Under the pieces are notes generated by a model. It saw nothing but the letters and a program-made list of their open reading frames with translations, did not search any database and was not told where the DNA came from. 64,000 bases of DNA from Tubiluchus corallicola. Taxonomy: Eukaryota > Animalia > Priapulida. The stretch lies in NCBI GenBank assembly GCA_030141605.1, contig JAQGDQ010000056.1, forward strand, positions 723,692-787,691, read 5' to 3'. This document shows, piece by piece, positions 10,264 through 23,374 of the stretch (the stretch's first letter is position 1; every line of letters starts with the position of its first letter). A program made the translations under genes and the position numbers.

Positions 10264-13200
10264 ATGGATAAAAAAGAAGAAAAGGAGATTCAAGTTCCAA
10301 TGCTTTTAGAGAAATCCAACGAAGAGCAGAAAGACGAAAAACTACCCCTGTCCGTTCCGGGTATGAGAAACCAATTAGTTAAATTTTTTAATAGCTTGCC
10401 ATTATTGGCCGTGCCGTTATTACATGTACCATTATCTTGTATTCACAGAATATACTGTTATGATTACTGTTTGTATGCATGGTTCTCTATTTTGCTGATA
10501 TTTACGCCTGCAAATCTTAGATGTTTCTGTGCATGTTTCAATGGAGGATGCCAGGGACTACTATTAGGGACAGTTTTAGTTTTTTTGTAGCTAAATAAAG
10601 ATATCTTTAGTGAATCTATTTAATTAGTTTTTTATTGGGTTGATAGGTCTCCGCTACTTCTTTTTTATCGTCTATGCAGGGCCGGGTTATGATCTTTTTG
10701 GGGTCGTAGGCTAATGAAATTATGCAGCCCCTCAGACGAAGCCATCCCCTAACTCCCCTGCACCCATTTAGAATATTTTTCCTTATGATAAATGTATTTA
10801 ATAGATGGCTTATATCTCAAACAAAGGACCTCACAGTAGGACCCTTTATCTCAAATAAAAGGCCTCAACCAGGGGTTCTTTTTCTCAAATAAAGGGCCAC
10901 TTTCTTAAAATTGGGGTTCCAGACTCTCTGACATCCTTTTCTTACAGGTGAAATTAAGGTATATTAATTATTCAACAATACAAAATATGGCCCACTAAGC
11001 TTGAGGGGGGCCCAAGCTCGAGGGCCCTAGGTCGCAGCGTACACTAGGGCAGGGTAGTTTAATGTAGGGTAATGCAGCTTTATATCTACGTGAAATACTG
11101 CGATTTGTCCAGTCTTTTGCATACTGCCTTTTTTCTTTTCAAGACTTGGCTTGATATACAAACCCAACGAGATTTCCCACAAAAAGCACTGTAATTTGCA
11201 GCAAAGGCGTTGTCAACAAGGATAAAAAGATTATTTCTCTACCAGACTTTCTTCCTGGCATTGACAGCTCGTTTAATCTTGCAAGCTTTTTATAAACGTG
11301 TTCTTAACAGACACTGCGTGCGTGGTGTTTTAGAAATAACAGCGTAATTACCTTATTAGGTTATCATTTTATCCCGCAAGAAGGTCACTTATGCCTGTTT
11401 CACAAAAAGGCTGAAACTGAATATAGGTAAACAAATTCATACGAAGAGTTGTCATATACGTAAGAAAGGCAAGCAGTCAAAAGCAGGCCCCGAAATTTGG
11501 TGGAGCATGAACGCCTGCTTCATCGATGACGTCATGCTTCATCAAGCCCAGTTTCGTAAAGCCGTCACTAACTTAACGACGTCGTTATTAATAGTTAAGT
11601 GAATGTGATAACGACGTCGTTAACTTAGTGACAACTTTATGAAACCGACCCCTGGTCTTTAGTGGATCCTCCAAATATTGCATCAATAACCAAGAACACT
11701 AAGATGACGTACAACAAATAGGCGCGCTATATTTACATCAAAGTTTACTGAAATACCTTTGCCATCGAGCATATTATGAATCGACGCCTTTCGAGGGTGA
11801 ACAAAAAGGTAGTAAAGCAGTATGGAGGAGTTGGGGGGGGGGCGAACCCGCGGTAAAACCTCACTGAGCTGAGAAGTCTTTGGACGACGAAAATTTTGTA
11901 TTGACTAAATCTTTTCTGCTTGAGAACGCAAACGGTTACGCCTCATAACATAGCCCAACTCGTCTGACCAACAAACATTTCTTCGGCTTAGTAGTAAGTC
12001 ATGCTGCTCTTAAAATGCAAAAAGTTGTTTCAAGGTGCAAGTGGTGTTCATCCCAGTTTTTCGATTTATTATATTTTGACGATAAAACCTCTTGCGTACT
12101 GGATACCTTCTAAACGGATATGTACGAGTTTGGTGGTAAACAACAAGCAGTTGATGTTTGGCCCGTATTCTGTATCTGTAATGAAGTGTGTCACACTAGC
12201 GCTGAAGCCAGCGGCATTTTATGGCATTTTCGGCAGTGACAAGGCATGCTTGAACTTTATACCTGTTTCCATTCCGTTTAGTGGTTGGTTAGTGCAGTGT
12301 GCGCTCGCTAACGTATTGATATGAAGAGTGTTGTCCTTTCGTTGTCACACAACTTGTGTCACACCAGTTGTTAACAGGTTGCTGCGAAACATTAACAAGT
12401 GGTATGAAGAGGGTGCAGTTATGCGTTGAAATCTGGTGAAGAAGGTTACCAGCAGATGGCAGCTTAACTTTCTACAGTGGCATCTTGTGATATCGTTGAA
12501 TTGGATAATATCCTTAAATATAGATAAAAATCTTTAGGTTCTAGAAGATTAGAAAATTCTGAAGATTGTAGCATTTCTTCATCTAATAAGAAGCAGATTG
12601 CTGGCTTCCTAATAAGTTTTGTGAGGTTCTTTAGCTTTTTTGCTGCGGAGAAGCTTTTACTGGTAGGACTACCCAGTCAACATCCGGCGCATGATTTTCT
12701 TTGAACTCTCTGGTTACGTTGATGTTATTTTAGGTTATTGTTAGATCATCTAAACATTTATCATTGTTATAAACTAGGATTTTATGAAAAATTAGTCTCA
12801 TCTTCTGGGTACATCAGTTACTGTCGTATCACTTTAACAGCGCTTCTGCATCTTTGAACTTTGTGCACGTAAAAATGCCTGAAAACTGATATGTTTTGCG
12901 TTTGTATATGAAAATTGCATGCAGCGTCTGTAAGTTTTTCACGCACACAGAAGTAAAAAAACTTAGAAAGCCTTACGTTATTCTTAAGTCTTCTGTTACT
13001 TCCGTGATGAAAAACATAAATATGTTGCCTTTGACGTGCAGGTTTAGAGCTTATTCTAGAAACAGAAAACGGAAAACAGAGATGTACACTATGTAACATG
13101 TATGTTACAAAAAAGATAATTATATGCTCTACAATTCCGCAATAAGAAGGTACAAATTCCAATTTTATGCCAGTGTCTTTTACTCCCCACAACTTACCGC

Positions 13201-14858
13201 TATTACAGCAGTACAAACTTACTTGAACTACATAAATTTTGGATAATCTCAATCAAATCAAGTCAAGTAAATGCTAAAACGCCACAGCTTATCTCTTCCA
13301 AACTAAGCAACATGTCAGATGCAGCTAATGCGAGGGTGTGCAACACATTTCTCAGCAATTACCGTAAAAAATAAATGGGTTTTTGTCTTCGTTATCGTAT
13401 TCTTTTACTCACTTTTATGCCTACCCGACAGTGACGTAAACGGTCACAAAGCGGCTACTATTTTTATGTAGGTTCAATAACTGCAAGTTGTGATAGTACT
13501 TAACGGTAGGCCTAATTAGAATAAATAGTTGGTGCGAGACCAAAACCTAACTTGTTATTAGAGATAGTGCTCTGAGATGCAACCGACTGAGATGAGATAA
13601 GGCAATGTCGTCTTTCTGTCTTACGCAACTAGAAGTGACGTAATGCTTTTTCAGCTAGATAAACAGTAATCAGTATAGTATCGCTGACAAAATCCTTTAG
13701 GAGCAGTTGTACTGGCGGTCATATGTTCATTTGTTGAGGAAGCTCGATATTGCTTAACATTTGGTTTTAAGCAAACATCGTGAGCACTCAGCTACATCCC
13801 CGCCAACTACTATTGCACTCGGCTCTGCAAGATCTCTTTCCCCGTTTACATGTCTGTTATAGTACGTACTACAAACGGCTACAAGTGTTTGAACACTACA
13901 CGGGTAGAAATGTTACAAGTTCTTCAAAACAATGCACTTATTTCGAAATGATGCCATATTTCAAAGAACAAGATCCCTAGTTCGGCCACGTTTCTTCCAT
14001 AGAGTAAATGAACAGTGCAGCGTGCAAACAGTTTTATTTAGCATCTAATCCTACTCCAAAAATATAATCACAAAAGAAATGTGTAAAACATTGTCACGAG
14101 CTTAATTTAGTATTTTATTTTGTTGAGACTTGAGAGTTGAGAGTTGGACACATATTGTCATCGTACAAGTTTAGAATGCCAGATAGGTGAAAAAAGCCCT
14201 AATGCAATTTGCGATCTATTTTTATGATAAATTTACTAAAAAGAAGAATTACTAACCGCTTATGTAATGGGATTTTTGAGAGATTTCGAACAAATTGTCT
14301 AATTATTTTGTTAAATTGTTACGTTACCAAATTAAAGTTTGGTCGTTTTACAAGTCTCTAACAGTTGCTAAAATTAAGTTAAAATAGTCCATCTGAATAT
14401 ACGCATATAGGTGTTGCGTCGAATAAATATAGCTTACTGAATTCAAAATTTTAAGAACTGTAACTGTCACTAACTGCAGTGAAGACGAACGTTTGTAAAG
14501 TAGAAATATAAGAATTCGAGAAAAAAGTAAGCTTCCATCTTCTTATTTTTCATCTTAGCTTAATGAACCATCTTTTTAATAATATTATTAAAAGATTTTT
14601 ATAGTACAGTGGATTAGTGGAAAATGGCACAAAAATGGGGACTTTTTTAAGAAAGAATAAAATACGCCTGTGACTTAATAGATATAGTGACATCTAAGAA
14701 CGTAACAAACGTATTAGTGTATTTATTGTATTTATTTATAAAGCACTCTTTCAACAATTTTCTTTTCTTTTCTTTTCTTTTCTTTTCAGCAATTCACTTG
14801 TAGCACTGACAGGGAGAAAGAATGAGAGAGAGAGGAGAGAGAGAAGGGGGAGAGAGAG

Positions 14859-14957
<99 letters not shown>

Positions 14958-15680
14958 AGCGTGGTTGCTCATATTTTGACAAATCAGCAGCAGTTTCTTG
15001 TTAAAAGTTTTTGCCGTCATTTGGGAATTGATTCGTTTTATTCTCCCCGTTACTTTACATTACGTCGCGTTACATGACTTTTAACGTTGTCCGTTAAGCA
15101 CTGGCGAAAATTTGAAACGACTTCGTAAATTGATGACATCTCTAGAGACGATCGAGTTGCGTATCTCTGTAGACAAACTGCACATCGAAATGTCTGAAGC
15201 TGTAAAATTCCTCAAAGTAATAAGAGAACGTTCACAAATATTGATGCAGAGTTAGTAATTCAATTCTGGAGCAAATCGTAGAATCATTTAGTATTGTTTT
15301 CTTTAAATCTGAGTCAGAAAAGTCTGAGTTTTGCAACGACAAATTGCAATAATTTGCAAATACAATTTTATTGAACGTATCATATTGATCTTTTGATAAA
15401 CCAACTGATGCATGCAAAATTAGCATATGATAGTCAGATTTTTCAAAACAAACTCCAAGCCAGTAGATAGTTCATTTTCAATAAAACAAATTTATATAGG
15501 ATTTGGCTTATAAACACACGCAAAAGTACAACAAGAATGAAACGAGTGAAAAGCACAACTGAAATATCAGTAATACATTTCACCATAGCAAGACCGACAG
15601 TTACGTGGTAGGTGCACATTGTTTCTAGCAAAAGGAAATGCGAACTGTTTATGGTGTGAGAGAAAGAGAAAGAGAGAGAA

Positions 15681-15776
<96 letters not shown>

Positions 15777-18700
15777 AGAGAAAGTTTACAAAGTTCATTA
15801 TCCGCATAACATATAAATTTACGACGACAGTTTTAACTGTGACTGATGAATAACAGACTTCCTAAGTTGCACTTCTGTAATTTAGCGATAGTTGTTTTGG
15901 AGTAGAATTCGTTTTTGACCGATTTACTGTAGTTGCTAATAGTAACAAGAGCATTGCAGATGTTCAAAAAATTACTTCTTACTTTGAAAGTATTGCCAGA
16001 AGTGTTGTTTGAGCTACTGCAAACATTGCAGAAAATTATGAGAGCACCCGGAGTTAATGCAAGATAGATTTAGCAATCAATGCAACTCACTTTAAGTAGT
16101 CTTTATTTCCAACTCATTCAGTAGAATGAGACGCCGTTGTAGTGGTATTTTGTGGCTAACTGCAAAGGAATTTTTTCAGTGTTTCAACTGGTAAAATACA
16201 AGAACTATATCACTCAAAGGGCATGCCAACAAATGCGCTAAACGCGGTCACCATGAGTGACACATAATGCACAAACTAGACCAGGGGAAGAAGCTCCATT
16301 AACTCCGTTGGTAACACTAACATAGGGACATTATTATGAGAATTGCAGTTGTGTACTTTGCCAGTGCGTTTTCTTCTGGATTCTTCGTCTTGTTCTGTTT
16401 GTCATAGAATCTTTTTGCTTGAGGTGAAGCCATTAATTGATAGACAGAATGGTGTGTTTAAATAGTCTTTAAATAAACTTTCAGTGCAAGATAACGGCCA
16501 AGACACGAGGGGGAAAATCACAAAGTCCATTATAGAAACTCTGACTTAATTTGATTTTACAGTCATTTTCGAAACATCTCATTGGAGTATTTGATGGCAT
16601 TTTCATAACGTATGCAAACTTCCGTGCAAATTTCTATAGACGTAGTTAAATAAAGTAAATGAAAAACAAAGGACCAAGGTACCAAATCTAAAACTATGAT
16701 GTAAATGATTTTGAGATTTATACAAATTGTAGGTATATTTAAATTCTGTTTATAATTAATCCAATTATGCGAATTAACTCATTAAATGCGCAAGATGCAT
16801 TTTGATTCTATGGAAAAGTTGCACAGGACTCAATGCAGAAAACATGACATTTTTAAATCAATTACTTATAGGGTTTACCGTGATTATTATGCGTTATTGA
16901 GGAACCATCGGCTTAGAACTTAATTTTTCATTCATAGAATAAACAGTACACCGCATATGTTCATACTTTTCAAAGAAATTCTTCAAGTATAGGCGTAGTT
17001 ATTTGTGCAATTTCGTTAAAAGAGTTTTGCGTGAAATATATATAAATTTACTATTAATTTGTTTGCAGTAAAATTTGAAGGCGACAGAGTCTGAATTTTT
17101 TAGATTTTAGAGCCACTCTTATACTGTTCGAGGTTATTTACGGCTCTAGTGGAAGTTTAGAATTATTATTTTGTTGTAGTTGAAACGCTGTTAGTTGCTC
17201 TTTAAGCGTCCTAGGGCAAATCTTCGAGCTTGACCTGTTAAGTTATGATTAAACAGTTGGAACATTAAGATGTCGCATTCTAGAGTACAAAGTCGTACTT
17301 TCTAGAATTATCTTCCTGCGCTTCTCTTAAGATTTGGCGTACAAAGTGGCGCTTATCTTGTTTTAATAGCAAAAGAAAGACACATGAAAAAAACCTGTTT
17401 AACTTGGCACATCTTCAGATAACTAGATCCTAAAAATAGTGAAAGTGCTCAAATTTATTTTTAACAAACTTGTTCAGCTTTGGTCCACTGCATGAACACT
17501 ATCATGTGGAGCCTGCACGCATGATTTTTGTCACCCTTTCCGAATCTTCCGAACCTCTTCTTCCGGGGCGATTCTTGTGTCACAACACTTGTGTCAATTT
17601 TTTGTATTTATCGTGTATTTTTGAAAAGCTAAAATTGGTAACTTCATTGACTGTGGGCTCGAGGATTAATTACTAGGCACTGCCCTTATAGGAGAGCAGT
17701 AGCGCCAGTTTTTACTGCTATTTGCTTTATCTTTTTTAAGATTCCTAATGTAAGACAGGCTATATTAATAATACTAATAATTGTAATTGCTGCATCGAAG
17801 ATGCTGCTGCACTGTAGATACTAACACATAGAATTTGCAGTGGTTTCCAAATTCCGCTGTGCTTAATCATTTCCACCACTCAAATTTTACCTCAGGCCTG
17901 ACAATCTTAAATTTCGATTAACGTTTTTATTACATTTCATGGCTGCTGTTTGCTGGCTAGAGATGTGCATCCTGGTTGAACCCTGGCGGTTCAATAATAG
18001 TTTCAGCTTCACTGCTTTTCAGGTCATACTGTGCGTAACTTATGGTTTGTGCACACACAACGAGTAAACAGAGCAAACAGTCTCTCTTAGGAGGACGAAG
18101 ATGATGGGCGAAGTCAAGGCCGAATCAGAAATTGATTATGCATTGCTCAGTTTCATCCATTTTGGGAAATCTTCACGAATTGGAGTGCTTTTAATGTGCA
18201 AAAAGTTTTTACTGAGCAAATATTGCAGTTTCATACAGTTACTGGTTACGTGCTTTCGTTTCAGTTCATTCCCCAGAGTACATTGTGTTGCACGTTAACA
18301 GCAGGATCGAATGAATAATCCATGGGCAAATTACAGTGTTGCCGTTCTCTGCTGGGTTGTGAACTTATGTATTGATGCTGGAAAACTGCCGAGCAAGGAA
18401 AACGTTCTATTCATTGTAATCATTCAAATTGTCACATAATGGATAATATTGCTTGTGATGCATATGTAGAAAACGAGTCTTCGAGTAAGTGTTAATTATG
18501 TTAATTATGTCGAGATGACTTATTTCTGTATTCTTTCAAATTTAGGAATCAAGGGAACTTGTTAGGGCCTGCAAAACAACCCGATGCCTTCACTTCACAC
18601 ATGGCGTTTGCAGGCGAATGCTTTGTCTGTTCAGATATTGTATTTTCTAAACAATGCATTTTATTGGTCTTATTGTGGAAGAAGCTTTTCAAAAAAAAAC

Positions 18701-21700
18701 TTGCAATCGCTGGTGAATTTTCATGTTTTACCGCAAGATAATAATGTATAACTGTTATAGCTTTACAAGCTACAAATCGCCAGTCGTTTAGCGAATTTTG
18801 AGAAACTGGTGTTGCCGATTCTCTCAAGTCTCAAATGTTGACACGCAGATGACTCTTTAAACTGCCGTTATATAAAATAAGCAGTCTTCGTTTGGTGACA
18901 ACCAATACTGACTGGTCACTGCACTGTTCCCGTAATGGATTCAGCGTTTTCAATCACAGTTCTTTAATACCACGCAAAACTTTAAACATGTTTTAAGAGA
19001 GAAATTTGTACAATTCATTATTTTAGAAAAAGCAGACAATAGTTAAGTAAATGCTACTTTGACATCGCGTTTGAAGTGTTGTATGCGTAACGCTTTCTTT
19101 GGGAGATCACCTATAATCTTGTAGTTTCGTCGCTTTCCAGTGGTTTTTCCAGACAATATACTCATAAGCATTCGCAAATATAGTAATAATGCAAATCTAA
19201 TTTGATGAATCTCTTGGAACTATGCAGTTATAAGTCAGTTCACTTCTTACTAAAATTGTCTCAGGATTGGAAATGTTATTAGACGAGCCTAAATACCAGA
19301 GCCTAGATTTCTGGTAGTTTGTACGTGCGTGGCTACAGTCAAAATCGATTCAGTTTTGACCTACTTTTCTCATCGTTATATAAATTCTGCTGTGCTGAGA
19401 AGCATCAATTTTACTTTTTGACATAAAAATTGGATGAAGCAAATAAACTTGGCATATTTTTACCGGAATGAATATTGCACGGCTTCCAGCATTTGCATTT
19501 ACGTAATGCTCGATATCTCTCGCCCTGTATAACATCATTAATTGTGCCTTTCAAAATTTACTGGCTATTCAGTGTGCAACCTTTAGCACGAAAACGGGGT
19601 TGACTAATAGGCCTGTATGCAAGCTTCTATTCTTGAGGTCTACATACTATCGGGTAGGAGGATGTTACAGTGTTCTAGGAAATCCAACAGCAAATGATGA
19701 TTCAGTTGGTTAGTCTGTTACTGTGTTGTTGACGTTTCGGGCAGTAAAGCACTTTATTATAATACAGCAAATCAGCAAATTCTTTGCTAAGAAGCTAAGA
19801 CGGTTGGCTAACAGCAACAATAAGTCACTAATTAAGTGGTTGATCGGGTAACTCAGTCAGTCATTCACTGTCATTTATTCAACCATTCATTCTCTTAGTC
19901 AGTCAGTCAGTCAGTCAGTCAGTCAGTCAGTCAGTCAGTCAGTCAGTCAGTCAGTCAGTCAGTCAGTCAGTTAGGCAGTCAGTCAGTCAGGTTTTTGCTA
20001 TACTACTAGGAGCTGGTTCATTTTGATTTCATTTAGAAAGCTGCAACTGTCTTTTTGATTTAAAATGCTCCGGGTCTTAATTAGAAGTTTAAATGACTTG
20101 AAAACATTGCAATAAGAAATAATTACACAACTTTAGAATTGAAGGAAATCGAATTATTGCTTTACTTCCTCGTTATAATGAATAAACCAAATAGCAGTGT
20201 TAATCTTTGGAACCGTAATTATTTTATAAATTAAACTTGGACAAATCTGTTATTGTTTGTTGACGTGCAGAAATTAATTAAAAAGCCTTTGGCTTCGTAA
20301 TTACTTTCCTGAGCTTTGATGGCTTCTATTTAATGCCAGTTTAAGTTGGCGTGAGTTGTGAAAATTTATGGTGAAGCGGCAGTGGCGATGGTGGCACAGC
20401 GGCAGTTGCAGTAGCTGCAAGTAAATGGGCATATACAGTTTAATGGACAATAAAATTTTCAAAGACAATATTATTGAGCGTGTGGGTGATATTTAACCTG
20501 AAAAAATATTGCACAATATAATTGACGAAATCATTTTTATACAACCAAAATTTCACCAATAAGATTGATTCCTAAGTATAATTAAGAGTTGCGCGTGTCT
20601 TTTCACGGCAGCGACAACACTAATATTAAAAGTTATTTTTCTTATTTTTCAGAGGAACATATCAAGTTAAATAAGGAAGACCAGGATGGTACAGTGACTT
20701 TTGCCCTTCACTTGCACAGCAGTCATAAAGAAGGTTAGTGTAGCAAAACTAAACTTCTATATTTTAAATTAATATAAGTTTGCCACCAAAGTCATTTAAT
20801 TGCTAATTACACACGTCATACTTATATAAATTTAAATTGACAGTAGTGCCAAAATTAATTTTATTCAATCTTAGCTATTTCAGGGTGGCTGACTAGATAA
20901 CCAACGGGTTCTTCGCCACCATTCTCCTTTGCTTCAAACTTATTGTAAATATTGCTTATAATATGATAATTATTGTGGAGTTTATAAAATGAATTGAATT
21001 GAAATTGAAAAATTAAGTGCATGCCGGAGTTACTATTAGTACTGCAGTTGTACAAATCTGTTCAAACAAACAGATTTATTTATTGGGTAAAATTGTACTT
21101 CAAGAACATCATAAAATTTTATTGTTGGGCGGTACGTCTCATTTCACTAAGGAAATTGCAGCGGAATTAGTAGTAAAATTTAGTACAATATTATGGTGTA
21201 TTAAAAACACGTTAGAGTTATGTACTGTAATTTCCGTAATTTTATATTTTTGTCAAGAAAGCCAAGCCAACGTATTTTTGTTATGGCGAACATATTAAAT
21301 TTCTCTCAGACGAGCCAATAGATTTTTGTGATGCGGATGTACAGTGGGAGCTGCACTTTAATTCTGGTATTTGCAAATACATAATGATATCCATATTTAG
21401 CTTGGAATCAGGTGGCCTGTCCGTTTAAGTGACACAAAAGAGACCAAGTGCGTTTAAATTACAATCATTGCACGCTTTTGCAGCGCGTAAGTGTCATAAT
21501 ATTAGACGCTAAGCAGGTGCTAAACAGCTTCTCTTAAAATTGTTTCAAGCATGATATCGTGTTGTGTGTAAGTGTGTTGATCTAATGGTGGTTTAGACAT
21601 ATGACCAGTATAATACATTGTCATTTGGGTTAGTTCAGAAGCAAGGGTTGTGAAAAGTACACAAGCGACAAGTGTGTGTACTTTGCATTTGCTTTTAGGT

Positions 21701-23293
21701 GGGGTTGAGAATGTATCAAGTGAACATCCGTCCTCTACTGTCAAAACCAGCAGTCTCATTTATGGCGTTGATGACAGTCCACCAATGCACCTTGCTCTTA
21801 TTTTTGGCCTCCAGGTATGCATTAATGAATTTTTATTGTTTTTTCTGGCCGCATTCTACAGCCATCAAAGCTATGTAACGTCACTCACTGGATGTTAATT
21901 ATAACTGAGAAGATCATTTTTTGTCTTGGTGTGGACTCTCTGTTGTTTTTATGCAGTGACTTGGTTGTTGGTCAGTTAAAGCTGCAATGCAAGTCGGTTC
22001 TGAATTTTGGCTTACTGGCGAAACCTAAAAATATGTTAAGTTATATTTGCAACTAAGACTTCTTACAATGCATGTTCGTCTGTAAATGCCTTTATTTTAT
22101 TTCAGCAATTGTTCGTCTGTCTTGGTGGTATTTATTCAACTCCAGTAGCTGTAGCAAATCAAATCTGTGGAGAGCTGAATTCAGCTTTGAAAATAAAGAT
22201 GTTTAGCAGTATGCTTGTGATTGTGGGGACTAACTCAGTGCTGATGGCGGGAATAGGCACAAGGTAGTAAAGAATACAAAATACGTGTACAGTGTACATA
22301 GGCTGTTACTCTTCAATGCATATGTAACTAGTATCTTCATGTACAATAGTGAAATGTGGGTCTTAACTGCAAGAAATAAGAAGCAGAAATAGATGTGTTT
22401 CAGAGAACTCTTAAAAATGAAATGGCCGTATATCATATCAAATAAGCAGCAGCATAACAGAACGAAAGAAGATCTTTGGAACACTAAAATAAGATTCAAA
22501 AGACTAAGATGCTAGGACATTTAATGAAATTACCAGAAACAAAACCAGTAAGATTAGCATTAAACAAGGCACAGAAACCTGCTAAACGGCTCCCAGGTAA
22601 ACCAAAAACATCAAGAATTAATAAAGATTTACAATAGCTGAGATAAGAGTCACATTTAACAATAACATTAGAGTAATTGATAGTTTTAGTTGCTGACAGG
22701 AAACAGTGTGGTGCTTTAATAAATCATAGAGGCTCTATGTCTACAATAGACTTTAAGAGAAACAGAAGAAGAAGAAGTACACGTTTTATATGAGAAAAAT
22801 TGACTTCTTAAATTCAAAGACGGAAACGATGTATGAATGAGTTAAATAAATAAACAAAATTTCAGTTTTTTCCTTATCTTACCTGTTCAAGATAAAACAA
22901 ATAAACATTTAAACGATAATTATGCTCTGTTTCAGAGATTTTCGATCAGCTTAGAACAAGTTCTGACTTTCTTGGGTAACAATGTTATGAATAATGTTCA
23001 CCGACGACAGAATGAATGAATTTATCTATTAAAATAAAAATGTCTTATTAACCAAAACAAGGTCGTCGCCAATATAATCCGCTAAAATACTGCAATCACC
23101 ATGGCACGTTCTCAGTGTGTTATTTATATAGCATTTTATATTTCGCATTTCAGGCTTCCAATAATTCAAGGTGCAGCTTCGTCCTTTCTGCCTGCCATTG
23201 TGGCCCTAATGAATTTGAAAGAATGGCAATGTCCGGAAAATTGTAAGAGTTATTTCCTGTTAAACGACAATGTTGGATGTGATAATATGAGAA

Positions 23294-23374
<81 letters not shown>

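Noticed and set aside
14751-15853. ORFs rich in SL or RE dipeptides
   Set aside because: Translations of (AG)n microsatellites.
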